From positions 1,013 through 65,012 of the forward strand of contig CANFWB010000004.1 of NCBI GenBank assembly GCA_947450605.1: a stretch of 64,000 nt of DNA. The letters run 5' to 3'. Origin of the DNA: Burkholderiaceae bacterium (GTDB lineage Bacteria; Pseudomonadota; Gammaproteobacteria; Burkholderiales; Burkholderiaceae). Below the pieces are notes generated by a model that saw nothing but the letters and a program-made list of their open reading frames with translations, searched no databases and was not told where the DNA came from. Positions 49,887 through 57,696 of this stretch are shown here, piece by piece (position 1 is the first letter of the stretch; every line of letters starts with the position of its first letter). A program made the position numbers and the translations under genes.

Positions 49887-50136
49887 GAAAGACTACAAGC
49901 GGGAAACAAGAGGTAGATATAAGGCGGTTCTAGAGTCCTCATTGATTGAAGTGGTTGAGCTCCTGATAAATGATGTGGACTTGCCGGTTCGCTACTTTGA
50001 TCACGCCTTAACTGGGCGGTGGAAAGATTTTCGGGATTGCCACATCAAACCAGATTGATTGCTCATATATACAAAGCCCAACCCAGAAATACTTAGGCTA
50101 GCAAGGGTGGGCTCGCATAGTGAGTTAAGTTTATAG
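49855..50136 (+). pseudogene. yafQ: YafQ toxin with an in-frame nonsense codon (TGA 50056-50058)
   Basis: FKKDYKR, DHAL.G.W..FRDCHIKPD* then in-frame LLIYTKPNPEILRLARVGSHSELSL*. Confidence 0.88.
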
Positions 50137-50227
50137 ATTTATTAAATGCAATTTTCGGATTGGAGCTATCTTTAGCGTTGATGAGAAAAATAGACGTACT
50201 GCATTAGATTAAGCGCCGCAGTAGGTT

Positions 50228-51613
50228 CTAGAAAGGAAGTTTAGCCTCTGGTTTGGCGGCCAATAGGACAGCCTTAAACTCTGCCTGAATACGCTTAATA
50301 GCTTCTTCACTATCCGCCTCAAAACGCATTACCACCACTGGTGTTGTATTAGATGGTCTGGCTAAGCCAAAGCCATCGGCATATTCCACGCGTACACCAT
50401 CAATGGTATTGATGGATTCAGCAGTGGGGAACTGGGCATTCGCTTTAATGGTTTCTAACAAGGCAAATGGCTCACCTTCTGCGCAAGCCAGTTGTAATTC
50501 TGGAGTGCAGATCGCATTCGGTAAGTTATTGAGGGTATCGCTAGGATTCTTTTCTTTGCTGAGAATTTCTAGCAAACGAGCGCCTGTATAGAGACCGTCA
50601 TCAAAACCAAACCAACGGTCCTTGAAGAAGATGTGACCACTCATCTCGCCAGCCAGCGGGGCACCAGTTTCTTTTAGCTTAGCTTTGACTAAAGAGTGAC
50701 CCGTTTTCCACATGATGGGCTCCCCACCATGTTCTTTTACATAGGTGGCTAGGTTGCGGGTGCACTTCACGTCATAAATAATTTGACCGCCTGGGTTGCG
50801 GGAGAGTACATCTTTTGCAAAGAGCATCATTTGACGATCTGGGAAAATCACTTGACCATCTTTAGTCACTACACCCAAACGATCGGCATCCCCGTCAAAA
50901 GCCAGGCCTAATTCATTATCGGTAGTTTGAAGATTCTGGATGAGGTCTTGCAAGTTCTCAATATGCGCTGGATCTGGATGGTGGTTAGGAAAATGCCCGT
51001 CTACTTCACAGAACAGTTCTTGCACTTCGCAACCAAGCGCCCTGAAGAGTTTTCCAGCAAATGCGCCACCAACACCATTACCGCAATCAACTGCGATCTT
51101 CATGGGGCGAGCAATCTGAATGTCACCCACAATGTAGTTGAGGTACATCGGGAAAATATCAAAGGTACTTCTGACGCCTTGACCGGAAGCAAATTGCTTG
51201 GCTTCAATACGTTGACGCAAGGCCTGAATCTGCTCACCATAAATCGCGGCAGTACCTAGAACCATTTTGAAGCCGTTGTAATTCGGGGGATTATGGCTGC
51301 CGGTAATCATGATGCCGGATTTCGGTGTTTTGCCATCGATGGTGTGATTTGCGGCAAAGTAGACCATCGGTGTTGCCACCATGCCGAGATCAATCACATT
51401 AATACCGGTAGAAAGAAGCCCCTCTGTCAAAGCCTCAATTAAGCTTGGGCCGGATAGGCGGCCATCACGACCAATCACGATATCGGTTTCACCAAGCTCG
51501 CGCATCTCGGTACCAAATGCCTGGCCAATGAGCGTGGCAATTGAGGGATCTAAGGTCTCATCAATAATGCCGCGGATGTCATAAGCTTTGAAAATCGATG
51601 GGGACAATTGCAT
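50228..51613 (-). CDS. algC: Phosphomannomutase/phosphoglucomutase
   Basis: FKAYDIRG, ITGSHNP, FDGDADR, GEMSGH, RPSNT. Confidence 0.93.
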   Translation of the reverse strand: MQLSPSIFKAYDIRGIIDETLDPSIATLIGQAFGTEMRELGETDIVIGRDGRLSGPSLIEALTEGLLSTGINVIDLGMVATPMVYFAANHTIDGKTPKSGIMITGSHNPPNYNGFKMVLGTAAIYGEQIQALRQRIEAKQFASGQGVRSTFDIFPMYLNYIVGDIQIARPMKIAVDCGNGVGGAFAGKLFRALGCEVQELFCEVDGHFPNHHPDPAHIENLQDLIQNLQTTDNELGLAFDGDADRLGVVTKDGQVIFPDRQMMLFAKDVLSRNPGGQIIYDVKCTRNLATYVKEHGGEPIMWKTGHSLVKAKLKETGAPLAGEMSGHIFFKDRWFGFDDGLYTGARLLEILSKEKNPSDTLNNLPNAICTPELQLACAEGEPFALLETIKANAQFPTAESINTIDGVRVEYADGFGLARPSNTTPVVVMRFEADSEEAIKRIQAEFKAVLLAAKPEAKLPF

Positions 51614-51664
51614 TACAGATCCTTCAAGAAAAACACGATGGGGTTTTATTAAGGTGAATGGAAA

Positions 51665-53161
51665 TTAATTCTGTGAATTTAGGAAATTGATTCTAGCGGC
51701 AGTAACGGCATCAATCTCTGCGCTGGCTTGAATGTCATTTTGATTGCTTGCTAAAGCTTTCTCAATCGGCTTGGCCAAGACCTTGCCGTATTCAACTCCG
51801 GGCTGATCAAAACTATTAATATTCCATAGAGCACCTAATGTAGCTGTGCGGTTCTCATAAAGAGCGAGTAGGGCACCGAGGTAGAAAGCATTGAGTTTAG
51901 GTAGCAATAAAAGATTGCTGGGGCGTTTACCTGGGTAAACATCATTTGGGTTGCTGGCAGTTTTGCCATTGGCTAATGCCTGAGCTTGGGCCAAGCAATT
52001 CGATAGCAGGATATGGTGGTGCGCTACAGCCTCTGGTCTATCGCTCATTGGCTCACGCACTGCGATGAAATCAATAGGGATGATTTCAGTACCTTGATGG
52101 AGGAGCTGGAAGTACGAGTGCTGGGCATTGCTACCTGCGCTACCGAAGACAACTGGTGAAGAGTATTTGACGGGCTTGCCATCGCGATCAACGCTCTTGC
52201 CATTACTCTCCATATCTAGCTGTTGCAACCACTTTGGAAACCAATCTAAAGCATCCGCATATGGAATGACCGCATAGGCTTTGATGTCATGTTTCTGCTG
52301 CTGATACAGCAAAGAGAGCGCCATGATGACGGGCAGATTTTCTTCCAGCGGCGCACTCTTAAAATGCAAATCGATTGCTTCAGCACCGGTGAGAAATTGT
52401 TTAAAGGTCTCAAAGCCGTATTGCAAAGCAATGGGAAGGCCAACTGCTGACCATACTGAGTAACGACCGCCAACCCAATCCCAGAATGGATAGATGTTGT
52501 CTTCCTCAATACCAAATTCTTTAGCGGAAGTCACGTTAGCGGTCACCGCATACAGGGCATGGGCAATTTGAGACTTGGTGCAGTTACTTTCTTTGAGCCA
52601 AGCCACTACTGCCTTGGCGTTCATGGTGGTTTCAAGCGTAGTGAAGGACTTGGAAACAATCAGGACGCGAGTGCTATGTGGTTGAGCGCGCGCTAAGATA
52701 AGGGCTAGTTCAGCGGTATCGATATTGGCCAAGAAATGCATGCGCATACCGCGGCTTTCAATACCGGGCACATGGGCTAAAGCCTCAATCGCTAGGCGCG
52801 GGCCAAAGTCGGATCCACCAATACCAATGTGAATGACATCGGTAACGCCAACCCATTTATTGCAGAGCGCTTCAATGCGGCGCCACACCTCAGACACTGC
52901 AGGCATGACATCTGCGCCGTTGATCAAGACGGGCGTTTTGGAGAGGTTGCGTAATGCCGAATGCAGGGCAGGACGATCTTCACTGTTATTGATGTGTTTA
53001 CCAGCAAACAGATCTGCAATAAATTGCTCTAAGCCAGTTTGGCGAGCGTTAGCAAATAACTTCTTCCATGCACTGTCATCGATACCCTGATAGGCGGTAT
53101 CTAGCACTACATTGGTTGCGGAGTGAAGGCTCTGGGAGTTGGAATGGGTTTGCAAAGACAT
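51665..53161 (-). CDS. pgi: Glucose-6-phosphate isomerase
   Basis: GIGGS, SKSFTT.ET, DWVGGRYSVWS, QQLDMESNGK, FDQPGVEYGK. Confidence 0.93.
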   Translation of the reverse strand: MSLQTHSNSQSLHSATNVVLDTAYQGIDDSAWKKLFANARQTGLEQFIADLFAGKHINNSEDRPALHSALRNLSKTPVLINGADVMPAVSEVWRRIEALCNKWVGVTDVIHIGIGGSDFGPRLAIEALAHVPGIESRGMRMHFLANIDTAELALILARAQPHSTRVLIVSKSFTTLETTMNAKAVVAWLKESNCTKSQIAHALYAVTANVTSAKEFGIEEDNIYPFWDWVGGRYSVWSAVGLPIALQYGFETFKQFLTGAEAIDLHFKSAPLEENLPVIMALSLLYQQQKHDIKAYAVIPYADALDWFPKWLQQLDMESNGKSVDRDGKPVKYSSPVVFGSAGSNAQHSYFQLLHQGTEIIPIDFIAVREPMSDRPEAVAHHHILLSNCLAQAQALANGKTASNPNDVYPGKRPSNLLLLPKLNAFYLGALLALYENRTATLGALWNINSFDQPGVEYGKVLAKPIEKALASNQNDIQASAEIDAVTAARINFLNSQN

Positions 53162-53304
53162 TTCTAGATTCTATCAATAAGGATGTCAAAGCCCCCTTAA
53201 AACATTGAAAATGTTACGATTTAAGGTAGATGGGTACTTTAGTACCAATATTGTCATAATTAATTCTGATGCTGCGGCTATCAATATCAGTAGAAAGATC
53301 CTAA

Positions 53305-54441
53305 ATGGAGCAGGTGGATTGCGTAGTGGTAGGTGCAGGTGTAGTCGGGCTAGCTGTTGCGCGAGAGATGGCGCTACAGGGTCGTGAAACGATTCTGCTG
53401 GAGCGTGAAGACGCCTTTGGCACCATCAGTAGCGCTCGCAACAGTGAAGTCATTCATGCGGGAATTTATTACCCAAAAGACTCCCTCAAAGCAAAGCTCT
53501 GTGTGAAAGGCAATCACCTTTTATATGAATACTGCCGCAGCCATCAGGTCAGTACTCAGACTTATGGAAAACTCATTGTTGCTGCTGATGCTAGCCAGTT
53601 AGATGATCTGCAAGCCATTTTGTATAAGGCACAACAAAATCAGGTGCCCGATATTCAGATGATTTCAGGGGCGCGGGCAAAAGTATTGGAACCTCAATTG
53701 CAATGTGAGGCTGCTGTGCTCTCTGCCTCTACTGGAGTAGTGGATAGCCATGGTTTGATGCTCTCCTTGCTTGGAGGCTTTGAAGATGCTGGCGGTATGG
53801 TTGCTTACCAATCCCCTTTGCTCAGGGCCAAGCCTATTGGCAATCATGCCGAGGGCGGATTTGAACTCACCATTGGTGGTGCCGATGGCATGCAAATTCA
53901 GACTAAGCTGCTCATTAATTGCGCAGGTTTAAGTGCCCCAGCACTAGCCCAAAAGATTGAAGGTTTATCTAAAGAGCAGATACCTAAAGCGTATTTCGCC
54001 AAAGGCAATTACTTCTCTCTTTCTGGAAAATCCCCCTTTAGCCATTTGATTTACCCTATTCCAGAGCCCGGTGGTCTAGGCGTGCATCTCACCTTGGATA
54101 TGGGTGGGCAGGCCAAGTTTGGGCCGGATGTTGAATGGCTTGAGATTGAGGAAGAAGAGCAAATTAGCTATACGGTCGACCCACTGCGTGGAGAAGGCTT
54201 TTATGCTGCCGTCAGGCAATACTGGCCAGGTCTCAAGGATGGGGCATTGCAGGCCGACTACTCAGGGGTGAGGGCCAAAATCGTGTCCCCAAATGCACCT
54301 GCAGGAGACTTCTGCTTTGATGGACCCCAGCAGCACCAGCTACAGGGTTTATTCAATCTCTATGGTTTTGAGTCCCCAGGTTTAACCTCATGTTTGGCTA
54401 TTGCACAACATTTGGAGGCGCAAATCAAAAGTTCTCTATAA
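53305..54441 (+). CDS. FAD-dependent oxidoreductase, L-2-hydroxyglutarate oxidase family
   Basis: GAGVVGLA, SARNSEVIHAGIYY, KGNYF, LIYP.P..GGLGVH, ESPGLT. Confidence 0.85.
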   Translation: MEQVDCVVVGAGVVGLAVAREMALQGRETILLEREDAFGTISSARNSEVIHAGIYYPKDSLKAKLCVKGNHLLYEYCRSHQVSTQTYGKLIVAADASQLDDLQAILYKAQQNQVPDIQMISGARAKVLEPQLQCEAAVLSASTGVVDSHGLMLSLLGGFEDAGGMVAYQSPLLRAKPIGNHAEGGFELTIGGADGMQIQTKLLINCAGLSAPALAQKIEGLSKEQIPKAYFAKGNYFSLSGKSPFSHLIYPIPEPGGLGVHLTLDMGGQAKFGPDVEWLEIEEEEQISYTVDPLRGEGFYAAVRQYWPGLKDGALQADYSGVRAKIVSPNAPAGDFCFDGPQQHQLQGLFNLYGFESPGLTSCLAIAQHLEAQIKSSL

Positions 54442-54461
54442 TCTAGGACTCAAATCGCAAA

Positions 54462-54551
54462 GGAAGAGTGGCAGAGCGGTTGAATGCACCAGTCTTGAAA
54501 ACTGGCGAGGATGAAAGTCCTCCGTGAGTTCGAATCTCACCTCTTCCGCCA
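54462..54551 (+). tRNA. tRNA-Ser(TGA); probable integration site
   Basis: GGAAGAG acceptor stem, CCAGT-CTTGAAA-ACTGG anticodon arm, long variable arm, GTTCGAATC, CCA end. Confidence 0.96.
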
Positions 54552-54562
54552 TACATGACAGC

Positions 54563-54593
54563 AGAGCCCCTAAATACGGGGCTCTTTGTTTTT
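54563..54593 (+). terminator. Terminator after tRNA-Ser
   Basis: AGAGCCCC-N7-GGGGCTCT plus TTGTTTTT. Confidence 0.75.
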
Positions 54594-54603
54594 GGGACTC
54601 TTC

Positions 54604-54625
54604 TACCCACCACTGTACCCACCAC
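54604..54625. repeat. Direct repeat TACCCACCAC x2, candidate integrase arm-type sites
   Basis: Identical 10-mers at 54604-54613 and 54616-54625, about 50 bp from the tRNA 3' end. Confidence 0.6.
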
Positions 54626-54874
54626 CAAAACATTGTCTGAGCTCATTGCCTGGCATGGATCAGAGAAGGTCATCTTGGATAGAAATCATGCTTAAAGGCC
54701 TAGCCTTGCAGATTTTTAAGCAAATCAGAATCAATTCCGCACCCGGGCTAAATAACGCTGATCTGAGGGAGGCTAGGGCTAAGTTAAACTAAAAAATATC
54801 ATTATTAGCGCTAGTAATAGCATTTTGATAATTTAGTTATCTGGAGCTTTAAGCCCAAAAATCAAGGGAAATAG

Positions 54875-56458
54875 ATGTCAGAAGAGCAGCGTCGTCAGTT
54901 ACAGCAGCAGCTATGGAATATTGCCAATACATTGCGAGGCAAGATGTCTGCAGACGACTTCCGGGATTACATCCTTGGATTCATCTTCTACAAGTACCTA
55001 TCGGAAAAGATTGCCAACTTTGCCAATGATCAATTAGAGGGTGAAGAGCTAACATTTGAAAGTCTTGATGAAAAGTCTGTTGAAGGTAAAAAATACCTAG
55101 AGGCCATTGAAGAGGCCTGCAAAGAAGAGCTTGGCTACTACCTTGCGCCCAGCGAAATGTTTGATCATCTGGCAAAAAAAGGCAACGGGGAGCTAGGCTC
55201 CAACACCTTCATTCTCGGTGACTTAACCAAGGTCCTCAAAAATATTGAGCAAAGCACTTTGGGAACCGAGAGTGCTGAAGAGTTTGAGCACCTATTTGAC
55301 GATATAGACCTCACCTCAGCCAAGCTAGGCAAGTCAGAGGACGAGAAAAACGAACTCATTGCTAAAGTGTTGGTTCACCTAAATAAGATCAACTTCCAGT
55401 TACGTGATGCTACGGCCGATGTATTGGGCGATGCCTATGAGTATCTGATTGGTGAGTTTGCCAGTGGGGCAGGTAAGAAGGCGGGGGAGTTCTACACACC
55501 GCAACCAGTTTCACAACTGCTAGCGGAATTAGTAACACTCAATAACCCAAAGCTGCGAAACGTATACGACCCAACATGCGGATCTGGTTCACTGCTACTG
55601 CGAGTAAAGCGACAAGCAGAGTTTGTTGGGTACATCTATGGGCAAGAAAGAAATCCAACCACCTACAACTTAGCGCGCATGAACATGATCTTGCATGACG
55701 TGCACTTTAGTAAGTTTGATATCAAGAATGAAGACACACTAGAAAAGCCTCAACATCTCGAAATGAAGTTTGATGCAATTGTGGCTAATCCGCCATTTTC
55801 AACGCAATGGTCTGCCAATCCGATGTTTATGAGCGATGACCGCTTTAGCTCATACGGCAAACTGGCGCCAAGCAGCAAAGCTGACCTGGCCTTCGTGCAG
55901 CACATGGTTTACCACTTATCAGAAGAGGGCACCATGGCAGTTGTTCTGCCTCACGGCGTTTTGTTCCGCGGCGGTGCAGAAGGGCATATTCGTCAATACC
56001 TAATTGAAAAGATGAATTGCTTAGATGCGGTTATTGGCTTGCCATCTAATATTTTCTTTGGAACCGGCATTCCAACTTGCATCTTAGTAATGCGTAAGTG
56101 CCGCAAGAAGAATGACAATATTTTGTTCATAGACGCCAGCAAGCACTTTGAGAAAGTCAAAACAACCAATGTGATGCGCCCAGAGCACATTACCAAGATT
56201 GTTCAGGCATACAAGGCACGCAAAGCAGAGGATAAATACAGCACCATAGCCACAATCGAGCAAATTAAACATAACGACTGGAATCTCAACATTCCAAGAT
56301 ATGTTGATAGTTTTGAGGCTGATGTTGAGATTGACTTAAATGCTTTGGCCGCTCAATTAGTTAAATTGGATAAAGAATCATCCGAGGTTGATATGGAGAT
56401 TACCTCCTTCTGCGCGGAACTTGGTATAGCGTCGCCATTTAAATTGGGTCGCGACTAA
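54875..56458 (+). CDS. hsdM: Type I R-M N6-adenine methyltransferase
   Basis: GKKAGEFYTP, YDPTCGSGSLL, NPPF, PHGVLFRG, NLNIPRY. Confidence 0.96.
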   Translation: MSEEQRRQLQQQLWNIANTLRGKMSADDFRDYILGFIFYKYLSEKIANFANDQLEGEELTFESLDEKSVEGKKYLEAIEEACKEELGYYLAPSEMFDHLAKKGNGELGSNTFILGDLTKVLKNIEQSTLGTESAEEFEHLFDDIDLTSAKLGKSEDEKNELIAKVLVHLNKINFQLRDATADVLGDAYEYLIGEFASGAGKKAGEFYTPQPVSQLLAELVTLNNPKLRNVYDPTCGSGSLLLRVKRQAEFVGYIYGQERNPTTYNLARMNMILHDVHFSKFDIKNEDTLEKPQHLEMKFDAIVANPPFSTQWSANPMFMSDDRFSSYGKLAPSSKADLAFVQHMVYHLSEEGTMAVVLPHGVLFRGGAEGHIRQYLIEKMNCLDAVIGLPSNIFFGTGIPTCILVMRKCRKKNDNILFIDASKHFEKVKTTNVMRPEHITKIVQAYKARKAEDKYSTIATIEQIKHNDWNLNIPRYVDSFEADVEIDLNALAAQLVKLDKESSEVDMEITSFCAELGIASPFKLGRD

Positions 56459-56459
56459 T

Positions 56460-57695
56460 ATGAATGTGCCAAGATTGCGATTTCAAGGGTTTAAGGGAGA
56501 TTGGCTTGAAAGTCGAATTAATCAAATCACTTCATATGTTGATTACAGGGGTAAGACTCCGACCAAAGTTGAGTCTGGAGTCTTTCTTGTCACTGCAAAA
56601 AATGTCCGCATGGGCTATATAGATTATGAGAATTCAAAAGAATTCATTGCGGAAGATGATTACGGTAATGTAATGAGTCGCGGGAAGCCGGTAGTTGGCG
56701 ACGTCTTAATTACAACTGAGGCGCCAATGGGTAATATCGCCTCAGTTGATAGGGATGACATAGCATTAGCTCAGAGGATTATCAAGCTGCGAGGAATTGA
56801 AGCCATCTTACAGAATGAATTTTTGAAGTATCGTCTGCAATCAAAGCAGTTTCAGGAAAAATTGACGGCCTTGAGTAGTGGTGGCACGGTAAAAGGAATC
56901 AAGGGAAGTGTTCTGCATAAAATTCAGGTGCTTATTCCCGCTATAGGTGAGCAGCAAAAAATTGCCTTATTCCTCTCAAAAATAGACCAAAAAATCTCCC
57001 TTTTGTCCAAAAAGCACGAATTCCTTGTTCAATATAAAAAAGGGGTGATGCAGAAAATCTTTAGTCAGGAAATTCGATTTAAGGATACGGTCGGGAAGAA
57101 TTTTCCGGAGTGGAGAATTGAAAAAATTAGCTCCATTTCTAGCTTAATAACAAAAGGGACAACGCCCACTTCCATTGGGTGCCAATTCACCAAGTCGGGG
57201 ATCAATTTTATAAAGGTTGAATCCTTAGCGGCAAATGGGGATTTCATACCCAATAAATTTGCTTATATTGATGAAGATTGCCATAAGAAGCTTGCCAGGT
57301 CTCAATTGGAAAAGAACGACATCCTTTTTTCTATAGCTGGAGCTATTGGCAGAATAGCGATTGTTAAAGAAGAGTTGCTACCAGCAAATACAAACCAAGC
57401 ATTAGCGCTGATAAGAATTTCACATGAGATTCGCTTGTCCCCTCAATTTTTATTTCATGTTTTATCAAGTGAATCCATTCAAAAATATGCTGTTGACTCA
57501 ACATCACAGTTAGCCCAAGCAAATTTATCATTAGGGGATTTAGGCTGCATTGAGATACCGATCCCAAGCCTTGAGGAACAAGTAAAAATAACTGAATTTT
57601 TACTTTTTGTAGCCAAAAAAGTCGAAATAGTAAACACTCAACTAGAGCTCACCAAAAAATATAAACAAGGCCTGCTCCAGCAGATGTTTATCTAA
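56460..57695 (+). CDS. hsdS: Type I R-M specificity subunit
   Basis: PRLRF..F...W; two target-recognition domains, each followed by P...EQ.KI...KKG.MQ / KQGLLQQMF. Confidence 0.94.
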   Translation: MNVPRLRFQGFKGDWLESRINQITSYVDYRGKTPTKVESGVFLVTAKNVRMGYIDYENSKEFIAEDDYGNVMSRGKPVVGDVLITTEAPMGNIASVDRDDIALAQRIIKLRGIEAILQNEFLKYRLQSKQFQEKLTALSSGGTVKGIKGSVLHKIQVLIPAIGEQQKIALFLSKIDQKISLLSKKHEFLVQYKKGVMQKIFSQEIRFKDTVGKNFPEWRIEKISSISSLITKGTTPTSIGCQFTKSGINFIKVESLAANGDFIPNKFAYIDEDCHKKLARSQLEKNDILFSIAGAIGRIAIVKEELLPANTNQALALIRISHEIRLSPQFLFHVLSSESIQKYAVDSTSQLAQANLSLGDLGCIEIPIPSLEEQVKITEFLLFVAKKVEIVNTQLELTKKYKQGLLQQMFI

Positions 57696-57696
57696 T

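Noticed and set aside
50056-50058. Selenocysteine or alternative genetic code at the yafQ TGA
   Set aside because: The position is not a Cys site, TGA is a normal stop elsewhere in the window, and the FDH uses Cys.
54436-54792. Three short ORFs around tRNA-Ser(TGA)
   Set aside because: They overlap the tRNA, terminator or att region and show no protein motifs.
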